A stretch of DNA of 64,000 bases from an uncultured delta proteobacterium. Lineage in GTDB: Bacteria > Desulfobacterota > Binatia > Binatales > Binataceae. Positions 20,767 through 29,949 of this stretch are shown here, piece by piece. Each line of letters opens with the position of its first letter. Positions within the stretch are counted from its first letter, which is position 1. The position numbers and the translations under genes are program-made. Under the pieces are notes generated by a model that did no database searches, had not been told where the DNA came from, and was given only the letters and a program-made list of their open reading frames with translations. The stretch is from NCBI GenBank assembly GCA_963710455.1, contig CAVQAG010000013.1:149290-213289 (forward strand), written 5' to 3'.

Positions 20767-21381
20767 CTATTTATCTTTTTCTTTTTTGTCTTTTTCGATT
20801 TTTGTCAGGGAAACTCCACCCAGCACTCTCGACAACTCGTGAAGTTGAGCGTCGAGTTCGGTTCCGGCTTCGAGAGTTTCAACCAGGCCCGAGAGCTGCA
20901 GCCGCAACGCTTTCGCTGCCTCTATTGATGTCGCAAGGTCGGCAAGGTGCGCCCTGACGGAATCAAGGATTTCGATGATCTGACCCTGCAGTCCTTTCAT
21001 TGGCTCGACTGATTGCGCAAGCGCGTGGAGCTCGGTGCGAAGAGCGCGAATCGCTTCAAACGAACTCGTCACCCCTTCGCGGTAGCGGCGCGCCGGCTCG
21101 AACAACTCCGCGACACCCCGAGCGACATCCGCGGGCGGCAGTCTGTCGTTCGCGGGCTGCCCGTCGTTTTTGTCCTCCTCGGCAATTCCTGTCATCGGCG
21201 CGGGCCGCTGGCTGACTGGACCGTGGACCTCGGAATTGTTGTCATCGATCGTTGGTTTACTTTCAGCATGGTCGAGATCGGCCGTGATGGAACGCGGGCC
21301 GAGATTGTAAGCACCGGAAGCATCAGGCGGCGCGCTGGGATTAGCGTAGCGTTTGCGAAGTTGGTCTAGTTTTGGATTCAT
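20767..21381 (-). CDS. hypothetical coiled-coil protein with Lys/Glu/Asp-rich tail
   Basis: 204 aa. GAAGGA RBS 5 nt upstream. Disordered N-terminal half, heptad-like helical C-terminal half, tail KIEKDKKEKDK. No TM segment or signal peptide. Confidence 0.55.
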   Translation of the reverse strand: MNPKLDQLRKRYANPSAPPDASGAYNLGPRSITADLDHAESKPTIDDNNSEVHGPVSQRPAPMTGIAEEDKNDGQPANDRLPPADVARGVAELFEPARRYREGVTSSFEAIRALRTELHALAQSVEPMKGLQGQIIEILDSVRAHLADLATSIEAAKALRLQLSGLVETLEAGTELDAQLHELSRVLGGVSLTKIEKDKKEKDK

Positions 21382-21408
21382 TTGTCCTTCTCGGTTGTGT
21401 TCAGCAAA

Positions 21409-22722
21409 TCAAGGTGTTGTGCCTTGCTCCGCGACTTTACGACAAACACGGTCCACATGCCTGGTCAGCTTGGATTGGAAAGCTTCGAACCAGTTGAACA
21501 AGCCGGCGCATTCATTGCCAAGTTGAGTGAGGCTCACGGCTGTCTTTGCGCACGCTTCGGCCAGCGAAACCCGTTGCTGAGCTGCATCCTGAGCGGCATC
21601 TCTGACCGAATAGCGCAGCAGTGGCTTTTCATTGTGCAGGACTTCCCGACAATCGTTCAGCGCTGTCGCTCGATCTACCGGCTTTTGGACGCTTCGATCG
21701 GGCACGCGCTGGGTATCCTCTGCGCTCGCGATCTTAGACGGCGTTGCAACTGAAGCCGCGGCAATCGCTTCGTGCCTTCTGCTGAGGTCACCGGAAGCTT
21801 GCGATCCGTTCGCCGCCGCCGCTGGAGCTGCGATGGGCGGCGATATCGGAGAATCCTGTACTGGAACGGGCACGTTGGCCGGAGGGTCTGCGTGACTGGT
21901 TTCAGGCAGCGGCGCGTCCTCGCTCGCCGGCGCGATTTCAGTGGCGAATTGTTCCGGTGCAGGGGTAGCGAACAGCTTGTGCATTCTCGTCTCGTGCGAC
22001 GAGGCGCTACCGCGTATGTACCAGCTCGAGAAGACAAGAATCGCGACCGCCGCAAACGCAGCGGACCGAATCCGCACACCTGCCGAGTTTGGGATTTCAG
22101 CCCCACTCAGTCGCGTGATCCGCTGCACATGCTGATCAGCAAGATGCGTCGGTAGGCAATGATGACAAGCGTATGCAGGCTCGGGCAGGAAGCGAATCTC
22201 GCCGACTTTACTCGGCGCGAAATCGACCCGATAGGGCTGCGGCCTCAACCTGCGGCAAATCCAGCAGCGCAAGGGCCACGCGATCTGAGCGGCTTTGGAC
22301 CTGACGGTGAGACTCGCCCCGGTGCTCGGGGTTTCGGTGCAGGGATGAGAGATCTCATCCAAGAGTTGCTCGACCTCGAGGCCATACTCCTGAGCGGCTA
22401 GCTGCAGTTTGAATTCAAGCGCGTGATCGGTCAGACGCCAAGTCTCGCCCGGCCTCAGTAACTCGCCGAACCGCGAAAGTGCGAGTTTTCTCCGCAAATC
22501 GATCGGGTCGATACCACATTCGCGTGCCATCTCGGCCAGGTCGACGCCGTACTCGCGCACGGCCTGGGCCAGCCCAGGCAGGATGTCATCTTCGCTCCTC
22601 CGGAGAGTTTGACCCTCGCCAAGGGTGGCTGCCTCCGCAGCCACCCAGGTCGCTGCCAGTTCGGAGCACCGCCGTGTTACGCCCGGGTAGTGCACCAGAA
22701 TACGCTCGAGAAAGCTTCTCAT
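21409..22722 (-). CDS. hypothetical membrane-anchored protein with Cys4 zinc-ribbon-like motif
   Basis: 437 aa. CWIC...(38 aa)...CHHC pair, then one TM (AAFAAVAILVFSSWYI), a Pro/Ala-rich linker and a helical C-terminal domain. No SD-like sequence at the annotated start. Confidence 0.5.
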   Translation of the reverse strand: MRSFLERILVHYPGVTRRCSELAATWVAAEAATLGEGQTLRRSEDDILPGLAQAVREYGVDLAEMARECGIDPIDLRRKLALSRFGELLRPGETWRLTDHALEFKLQLAAQEYGLEVEQLLDEISHPCTETPSTGASLTVRSKAAQIAWPLRCWICRRLRPQPYRVDFAPSKVGEIRFLPEPAYACHHCLPTHLADQHVQRITRLSGAEIPNSAGVRIRSAAFAAVAILVFSSWYIRGSASSHETRMHKLFATPAPEQFATEIAPASEDAPLPETSHADPPANVPVPVQDSPISPPIAAPAAAANGSQASGDLSRRHEAIAAASVATPSKIASAEDTQRVPDRSVQKPVDRATALNDCREVLHNEKPLLRYSVRDAAQDAAQQRVSLAEACAKTAVSLTQLGNECAGLFNWFEAFQSKLTRHVDRVCRKVAEQGTTP

Positions 22723-23421
22723 CTGCGCGTGGTTCTGTTAGACGCTTGCGTTCAACTGAAAAAAAAGGCCGCAGTGCTACCAAAGCATAAGCCATTGGCC
22801 GCACCATCTGGTATTCGCTCATTTCAAACGGTGGGGAATTATTGTCAATGGGTTCGAGCGCTATATGCAAAATTGGATGGAAAGAACAATCTTTCGCTCG
22901 TAGCAACAATATGTAGAGCAGCCGAATTCAGCTCATCACGCGTTTTAGCGAACTTTCAATCCATAATGCCTGGGAAACAAAGAGAGTCTGGAGCAGCAGA
23001 AGCCTGGTACACGCGCGACCCCAAGACGCGTACATAGAAAGGGACCTTTTGAGTGGCAGACGTTCGGCAGTCGGAGAAAATTTAAGTTGCCAAGAGAAAT
23101 CCGCGCGAAGATATCGTTCCAGACGCTCGCATTGATAGTGGGCCTGCGAGGTATTAACCGGTCGCTGCCCGCCTGAAATCGAATCTCATGCTCGTCACCT
23201 CGTCGGCTATCGAACTGCGAGGGCGACTATATTCCACGATTCAAGGCCCCATAAAAGAGCCACTTTACGCGAACATCGAGGGGCCACATTTCGCCGACGC
23301 AATTGCGAGAAATTGTGGCTTGCCCGCTGCTTCCGATGCGTCTTACAGTAGGCGGCACGCAATACCGCGCGCACGGAATCGCCATCGGAGCCGTAGCGCG
23401 TCCAAGAAAGTCGAGGCTGGA

Positions 23422-24585
23422 ATGAAAGTATCGCTCTTCTATCTGCCGTCGGTTGGCAACAAGGCCCAGGTCGAACAAGGGATGGTCGGGCTTCGCGGCG
23501 ACCTCTACGACCAGATGCTGCGCGAGGTTTCCGCGCAGGCCCGGTTGGCCGATGACCTCGGCTATGACTCGATAAGCTTCACCGAGCATCACTTCCACGC
23601 CGAGGGCTTCGAGCTATCCAACAACCCGGTGCTGCTCGACCTCTATATCGGGATGCAAACCAAGCGGCTGCGGGTTGGCCAACTCGGAATCGTGCTGCCG
23701 GCCAACAATCCGATTCGGGTGGCCGAGGATATCGCGATGCTCGACCACATGACCGGCGGACGCGCCAACGCCGGCTTCGCTCGCGGCTATCAGCGCCGAT
23801 GGGTCGATATCATGGCGCAGCAGACTCATGGCATCCACGGCGCCCAGCCGCATCAACACGACGAGATCGACGCCGCCAACCGCGCCGCGTTCGAGGAATG
23901 CTTCCGCATCATCAAGGCCGCGTGGACCGAGGACATGCTGAGCTACCAGGGCAAGTACTGGCGCGTGCCGCCGGGCGAGACGCCGTGGACGATCGAGGCC
24001 ACGACCAAGTGGGGCAGCGGCGTCGCGGATGGAATCGTCAAGGCGGTGAGCGTGGTGCCCAAACCCGTGCAGAAGCCGCATCCGCCGATCTTTCAGCCGT
24101 TCGCGTCGTCGGAACGCAGCATCCGATGGTGCGCGCAGGAGGGCGTCACCGCGGTAATTCCGCCGCTCTTCCCGGCCTTCGAGCGCCAGTTGTGCGACGT
24201 CTATGCCGAGGTCTCCGGCCGTGCGCCGGGCGAGGGGATGGGGGTGCTGCGCGACATCATTATCGCTGACACCGACGAGGAAGCGCACGCGATCTGGCAC
24301 GACAGCGGGTATTTCTGCGGCCGCGAATGGTTTCTGCCCTTCGGCTTCGCCAAAGGGCTGGAGGATCCGAAGACCGGCGAGGCGCCGGACCTGTTCGAGA
24401 ACGGGCTCGCGCTAGTTGGCACGGTCGACACCGTGACGCGGCAACTCGAAGGACTGATGAAGCGGTTGCCGGTCTCGTGGATTTTCGCCTGGATGTACAA
24501 CGGACTGATGGCGCACGATCGGCTGATGAAAACTATCGAGCTGTTCGCGACCAAGGTGCTGCCGCGAGTGGCGACCCCGGGTTAG
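23422..24585 (+). CDS. LLM-class (luciferase-like) flavin-dependent oxidoreductase
   Basis: MKVSLFYLP start at 23422. FTEHHF, GFARGYQRRW and the overall TIM-barrel LLM pattern. Paralogue of 28653-29885. Confidence 0.85.
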   Translation: MKVSLFYLPSVGNKAQVEQGMVGLRGDLYDQMLREVSAQARLADDLGYDSISFTEHHFHAEGFELSNNPVLLDLYIGMQTKRLRVGQLGIVLPANNPIRVAEDIAMLDHMTGGRANAGFARGYQRRWVDIMAQQTHGIHGAQPHQHDEIDAANRAAFEECFRIIKAAWTEDMLSYQGKYWRVPPGETPWTIEATTKWGSGVADGIVKAVSVVPKPVQKPHPPIFQPFASSERSIRWCAQEGVTAVIPPLFPAFERQLCDVYAEVSGRAPGEGMGVLRDIIIADTDEEAHAIWHDSGYFCGREWFLPFGFAKGLEDPKTGEAPDLFENGLALVGTVDTVTRQLEGLMKRLPVSWIFAWMYNGLMAHDRLMKTIELFATKVLPRVATPG

Positions 24586-24707
24586 GTTACATCCAAGCGC
24601 GCATAACCAGGTGAACTTCCCATAACCCAATATTGGCAAACTCGACATTCGCCAGCGCCAGTGCGAGAGTTGGGCCCGGAACGATCCAAGTTTCGCGAGA
24701 GGTAACG

Positions 24708-26345
24708 ATGGCAACTTCTGTACAGCTCACGCCGATGGCGCAGGCGGGGCCAGTCGAACGATTCGACGCGATCATAATCGGAGCCGGGATTTCCGGACTC
24801 TATCAACTCATTCGTCTGCGGGAACTCAACCTCACGGTGCGGGTCTATGAGACCGGCAGCGGAGTAGGTGGTACCTGGTACTGGAACCGCTATCCGGGCG
24901 CGCGTTTCGACTCTGAGAGTTATAGCTACGGCTACTCGTTTTCGAAGGAACTCCTGCAGGAGTGGGATTGGAAGGAGCATTTCTCCGGCCAGCCCGAGAA
25001 CGAGCGTTACCTCAACTACGTGGCAGATAAATTCGATCTCCGCCGCGACATCCGGTTCAACGCAACGGTCGAGTCAGCCGTTTACGATGACACGGAAAAT
25101 TGTTGGGAAGTCCGGCTCGACGACGGCGCTCGCGCCCGCGCGCGGCTCTTGATCACGGCGGTCGGGGTGCTTTCCGCGCAGAACATCCCCAGCTTTGCCG
25201 GAATCGAGAGTTTCAAGGGCGAGTCGTTTCATACGGCTCGATGGCCCAAGGAGCGCGTCGACTTTACCGGCAAGCGCGTTGGCGTGATTGGCACGGGCGC
25301 AACGGCGGTCCAGCTCATCACGGAAATCGCCAAAGAGGTTGGCCATCTGACGGTCTTCCAGCGCACCGCGAATTACTGTGCGCCGCTGCGCAACGGCCCG
25401 ATCGATCCCGAGACCCAGGCGAAAATCAAAGCGAGCTATCCGGAAATTTTCAAACGGACGCGCGAAACCTTCGCCAGCTTTATCCACGATTTCGATCCGC
25501 GCTCGGTCTTTGACGTGACTGCGGAAGAGCGGCAGGCGCGATTCGAGGAGCTGTGGTCGCAGCCGGGTTTTTCAAAATGGCTCGGCAATTTCCGCGATAT
25601 CATGAGCGATAGAAAGGCCAACGAATTGTTCGCGGAATTTGTCCGCAACAAAATCCGCGCCCGCGTGAAGGATCCGGTGATCGCGGAAAAGCTATGCCCG
25701 AAAGATCATCCGTTCGGGACCAAGCGGGTTCCTTTGGAGAGCGGCTACTACGAACAGTTCAATCGGCCCAATGTTCTGTTGGTCGATCTGCACGAGTCGC
25801 CAATCGAGCGCATCACGCCGAAGGGTATCAAGACCAGGAATGCCGAGTATGAACTCGACGTGATTATCTATGCGACAGGGTTCGATGCCGTCACCGGGCC
25901 GCTGACCAGAATTGATATCCGCGGCGAGGGCGGACTTTCGCTCAAGGACAAATGGGCCGACGGGCCGCGCACGTATCTTGGCATTCAGAGCGCCGGCTTC
26001 CCGAATCTTTTTACCCTGGTCGGACCTCACAATGGAGCTACCTTTTGCAACATACCCCGATGTATCGAGCAGAATGTGGAATGGGTAACCGATTGCATCC
26101 GCTACATGGGCGAGAAGGGTTATACGCGGATCGCGGCCAGTCCCGAAGCGGAGCAGGAGTGGACTGATCATGTCAACGAACTGGCCGTCGGCACACTGCT
26201 CTCCGAGGTCGACTCCTGGTTTTTCGGCGCCAATATACCCGGTAAGAAGCGCACCGTCCTGATGTACTTTGGCGGCGTCCCGGTCTATCGGAAGAAAGTT
26301 GATGATGTGGCGGCCAAGGGCTACGAGGGATTTGTGATGGAGTAG
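24708..26345 (+). CDS. Baeyer-Villiger monooxygenase (type I, FAD/NADPH; cyclohexanone-monooxygenase-like)
   Basis: GAGISG dinucleotide motif, GGTWYWNRYPGARFDSESY, BVMO fingerprint FKGESFHTARWP, and second Rossmann GTGATAVQ. ATG 24708 is preceded by GAGAGG. Confidence 0.9.
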   Translation: MATSVQLTPMAQAGPVERFDAIIIGAGISGLYQLIRLRELNLTVRVYETGSGVGGTWYWNRYPGARFDSESYSYGYSFSKELLQEWDWKEHFSGQPENERYLNYVADKFDLRRDIRFNATVESAVYDDTENCWEVRLDDGARARARLLITAVGVLSAQNIPSFAGIESFKGESFHTARWPKERVDFTGKRVGVIGTGATAVQLITEIAKEVGHLTVFQRTANYCAPLRNGPIDPETQAKIKASYPEIFKRTRETFASFIHDFDPRSVFDVTAEERQARFEELWSQPGFSKWLGNFRDIMSDRKANELFAEFVRNKIRARVKDPVIAEKLCPKDHPFGTKRVPLESGYYEQFNRPNVLLVDLHESPIERITPKGIKTRNAEYELDVIIYATGFDAVTGPLTRIDIRGEGGLSLKDKWADGPRTYLGIQSAGFPNLFTLVGPHNGATFCNIPRCIEQNVEWVTDCIRYMGEKGYTRIAASPEAEQEWTDHVNELAVGTLLSEVDSWFFGANIPGKKRTVLMYFGGVPVYRKKVDDVAAKGYEGFVME

Positions 26346-26621
26346 CGCCGCTTCATCATTGCAGCGCGCCTCTACGAAGCCTCCAAATATGTGCGCAGGC
26401 TGATGATACAGACGTTAGCGTAACGGCCGAGCTTCAAGCGATGGTACTTTAAGAGTTAGCCCCCAAAGTGGCTTCGGCAGTACGCACAAGGGAAGCTGTG
26501 TTCCCGCGACATTTGCCAGACTGGAGCTTTCGTGTTAGCGAAAGCCAAATGAATCGGTGGGCGCCACCAGGGCTCGCTTGGTGCGAGACGCGCGATGGAC
26601 GCCAATCGCAGGGAGGTCGTT

Positions 26622-27422
26622 ATGCCATACGCAGACAACAAGGGAGTCAAAGTCTATTACGAAACCTGGGGAAACGGCGGAGTGCCGATCGTGTTTCTCC
26701 ATCCATGGTCCACCAACGGCTATATCTGGTACTTCCAGATCTTTCATTTTGCACGGACCAACACCTGCGTCACGGTTGACCATCGCGGACACGGCCGCTC
26801 CGACAAGCCGGCCGGCGGCTATTCGATCCAGGAGCATGCGAGCGACGTCGCGGCGGTGATGGACGCGGCGAAGATCGACAAGGCGGTGGTCGTCGGCAAT
26901 TCGATCGGCGGGATGATCGCAATGCAATTCTGTCTCGCGCGTCCCGAGCGCGTGGTGGGCCTGGTGATCCAGAGCAGCGGCACAGCGCTCTCCGAGGGTT
27001 TGCCGAAGGAAGTGATGGAGGCGATGATTCGCGATCGCGACGCGACCTTCAACCAGCTCCTGGAGGGCACGGTGTCGGCGCGCAGCAAGCGCGAGCGCCC
27101 CGAAATTCTCGACCTGGCGCGCGCGAGCTTTATGCTCGAGTCGAACTGGCCGCGCCATGTCTTCGATTCGGCAATCAAGGATCCCAACGGCGTCTTCAAC
27201 TGGAACATCAAGAGTCGCCTGAAAGATATCAAGGGTCCGACCCTGGTGCTCGCGGGCGAGGAGGACCAGGCCACGCCGGTCGCCGCGAACAAGTTCCTCG
27301 CGGACAATATCCCGGGCGCCAAGTTGAACGTGCTCAAGGACATCGGCCACTTCTATCAACTCGAGCAGCCTGCGGCGTTCAACGCCACGCTGGATGAGTT
27401 TCTGAAATCAATCGCGCGCTAG
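26622..27422 (+). CDS. alpha/beta-fold hydrolase (esterase/lactonase-type)
   Basis: HPW oxyanion region, nucleophile elbow GNSIGG, and C-terminal GHF. GGGAGG sits 5 nt before ATG 26622. Confidence 0.85.
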   Translation: MPYADNKGVKVYYETWGNGGVPIVFLHPWSTNGYIWYFQIFHFARTNTCVTVDHRGHGRSDKPAGGYSIQEHASDVAAVMDAAKIDKAVVVGNSIGGMIAMQFCLARPERVVGLVIQSSGTALSEGLPKEVMEAMIRDRDATFNQLLEGTVSARSKRERPEILDLARASFMLESNWPRHVFDSAIKDPNGVFNWNIKSRLKDIKGPTLVLAGEEDQATPVAANKFLADNIPGAKLNVLKDIGHFYQLEQPAAFNATLDEFLKSIAR

Positions 27423-27456
27423 CCTTCGATGGCGCAGCGGAAGGACGGGGAACGAC

Positions 27457-28548
27457 ATGGGGATGGACTTCGGGATCTTCTACGAGATCGAGCTGCGGAA
27501 ACCTTACGGGCCGCGCGCCGAGTACGACGTTTTTCAGCAGGTCATCGCGCAGGTGGTCGAGGCCGAGCGTGCCGGCTTCACCAACTTCTGGTCGGTCGAG
27601 CATCACTTTCTCTCTGAATTCGCCTATAGCTCGGCACCCGAGGTGCTCTACGGCGCGCTCTCGCAGCGGACCAGCAAGATCCGGATCGGCCACGGCGTGC
27701 GCCTGCTGCCGTTTCCATACAACCATCCCATCCGGGTGGCCGAGATGGGCGCGACGGTCGACCTCCTGTCCAACGGACGGATGGAGTTCGGTACCGGGCG
27801 CTCTGTTAGCCGCGACGAGCTTGAGGGTTTCGGGATCAACCCGGCCGAGACGCGCGCGCTGTGGGAAGAGGCGCTGGATATCGTGGTTGGCGCGTGGACC
27901 AACGACGTCTTCTCGTGGGAGGGCAAGTATTTCAAGATTCCGCCGCGCGAAATAATTCCCAAGCCGCTCCAGAAGCCGCATCCGCCACTGTGGTGTGCCT
28001 CGACCGGTCCCGAGACCCACGAGATCGCGGGGCGCAAGGGAATCGGTCTATTGTCGTTCACGCTGCTGGTCGATCCTGAAGAGCTGAAGCGGCGGATCGG
28101 AATTTACCGCGCCGGACTCGCCGAGGCGAAGCCGGTCGGGAAGTTCATCAACGACCGTGCCGCGACCTTCACGATGGTGCATTGCGCGGAGACCAATAAG
28201 GAAGCGCGCGAAAACGCCAGGGCCGCTTTCGAATGGTACGCGCGTAAGGCTTTCGAGGCGGTCGCGTCGGTCGGCATGTGGCAGTCGGGCAAGACCGACA
28301 TCGGCGCCTACGCGTATCTCAAAGAGATGATGAAGATCGATCCGGCGACGATCAATTTCGACTACATGGATCAGAACGACATGATCATCTGCGGCGACCC
28401 CGACACCTGTATCAAGAAGGTCAAGCACTACCAGGCGGCGGGATGCCAGCAACTGCTGTGCTTCATGCAGATATACGACATCCCGCATCAGAAAATCATG
28501 GACTCGATCAAGCTCTGGGGTCAGCATGTAATTCCATATTTCAATTAG
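27457..28548 (+). CDS. LLM-class flavin-dependent oxidoreductase
   Basis: 363 aa. FWSVEHHF and GRMEFGTGRS are typical luciferase-like monooxygenase family segments. Confidence 0.85.
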   Translation: MGMDFGIFYEIELRKPYGPRAEYDVFQQVIAQVVEAERAGFTNFWSVEHHFLSEFAYSSAPEVLYGALSQRTSKIRIGHGVRLLPFPYNHPIRVAEMGATVDLLSNGRMEFGTGRSVSRDELEGFGINPAETRALWEEALDIVVGAWTNDVFSWEGKYFKIPPREIIPKPLQKPHPPLWCASTGPETHEIAGRKGIGLLSFTLLVDPEELKRRIGIYRAGLAEAKPVGKFINDRAATFTMVHCAETNKEARENARAAFEWYARKAFEAVASVGMWQSGKTDIGAYAYLKEMMKIDPATINFDYMDQNDMIICGDPDTCIKKVKHYQAAGCQQLLCFMQIYDIPHQKIMDSIKLWGQHVIPYFN

Positions 28549-28652
28549 AATTGCCCGCCACATGCGGCGCTTGCGATCGCCCGGCGGAGCGCTAGGATGG
28601 CCTTATTCGCAGCAAAATAGCCTGACACGCGGTCAGGCGAGGGGAGTCGAGC

Positions 28653-29885
28653 ATGAGATTCGGACTTCTGATGCTACCCACGGTTCCCGGCACGCTGGAG
28701 GAGCGCGAGCGGCTGCGCCCGATCGCCGCGCACAACGATCGCTGGCAGATGATGCTCAAGCAGATCGTGGAATTCGCCCGCATGGCCGAGGATCTGGGGG
28801 TCGAGATGGTCGCCTTCCCCGAGCATCACCTGCACACCGAAGGGCTCGAGGTTGGCAGCGTTCCGCAACTGCATCTGTACGTCGCGATGAACACCAGCCA
28901 TCTGCGGGTCGGGCCCATCGGCTACGTGCTCCCGGGATGGAACCCGCTCAGGTTGGCGATCGAGATCGGGTGGCTCGACCAGTTCACGAAGGGGCGCACC
29001 TTCGTCGGCTTCGCGCGCGGCTACCAGCATCGATGGCTCAACCAGATGGGGCAGAAGCTGCACGTCTCGGCGACCACCTCCGACCAGTCCGAGATCGACA
29101 AGACCAACCGCAAGGTATTCGAGGAAGTCTTCCAGATTCTCAAGCTGGCATGGGGCGACGAGCCCTTCTCGTACAAGGGCGAATACTACGAATATCCGTA
29201 TCCGTACGAGACCGGCACCCCATGGCCGCCGCATAAATGGACCGAACAATACGGCGCGCCGGGCGAAGTCGTGGACGGCAACGTCAGGAAGATTTTCATT
29301 GTACCCAAGCCTTATCAGCGACCACATCCGCCGCTGTTCCAGGCATTCTCAGTCAGCGACGAGACGATAGTCTGGTGCGCCAAGCAGGGCATCATCCCGA
29401 TGACCCTTATTACGCATCCCGACGCGATGGCGCGGGTGGCGAAGCTGTTCCAGGACGAATCGGCCAAGGCCGGGCGCAAGCTCGAGTTGGGCCAGCGTAT
29501 CGGCGTGCTACGGCAGATCTACTTCGGGCAGAACAAGGAAGAGACGTATCGGCTGGCCGAGATGGGCACCGCCGGCGTGGGGTTCGGCAAATTCTGGGGC
29601 CACTTCGGATTCTTCGAGGCGTTCCGGCTGCCGGGCGACGAGGAGAAATGGCCGCGCGGCAAGGCGTTGGTGCCGCAGAGCGAATGGACCATCGATCGGA
29701 TGGACAAGGCGCACTACCTGTTCATGGGATCGGAGTCCGATGTGCGGCGCAAGATGGACGCCCTGGTCGAAGCGGCCAATCCGGAATATTTCTGCTGGAA
29801 CTTCGATCAGGGGATGATTCCGATGGACGTGATGAAGGATCAATTGCGCACGTTCGGCGAGAAGATCATGCCGCACTACAGATAG
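28653..29885 (+). CDS. LLM-class flavin-dependent oxidoreductase
   Basis: 410 aa. FPEHHLH and GFARGYQHRW. Clear paralogue of 23422-24585. Confidence 0.85.
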   Translation: MRFGLLMLPTVPGTLEERERLRPIAAHNDRWQMMLKQIVEFARMAEDLGVEMVAFPEHHLHTEGLEVGSVPQLHLYVAMNTSHLRVGPIGYVLPGWNPLRLAIEIGWLDQFTKGRTFVGFARGYQHRWLNQMGQKLHVSATTSDQSEIDKTNRKVFEEVFQILKLAWGDEPFSYKGEYYEYPYPYETGTPWPPHKWTEQYGAPGEVVDGNVRKIFIVPKPYQRPHPPLFQAFSVSDETIVWCAKQGIIPMTLITHPDAMARVAKLFQDESAKAGRKLELGQRIGVLRQIYFGQNKEETYRLAEMGTAGVGFGKFWGHFGFFEAFRLPGDEEKWPRGKALVPQSEWTIDRMDKAHYLFMGSESDVRRKMDALVEAANPEYFCWNFDQGMIPMDVMKDQLRTFGEKIMPHYR

Positions 29886-29908
29886 AGCGGCGGGATTGGG
29901 TTGTCAGC

Positions 29909-29949
29909 GGGGCGCCGGGGCGTTCGATCCGGCGCCCCATTCTTTTATT
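29909..29949 (+). terminator. intrinsic terminator hairpin between convergent genes
   Basis: GGGGCGCCGG (29909-29918) pairs perfectly with CCGGCGCCCC (29929-29938) and is followed by ATTCTTTTATT. It lies between the LLM stop (29885) and the macB stop (29945). Confidence 0.6.

Noticed and set aside
23188-23421. 78-codon upstream extension of the first LLM gene
   Set aside because: The sequence is not LLM-like and lies in the AT-rich non-coding stretch. The family-typical N-terminus MKVSLFYLP begins at 23422.
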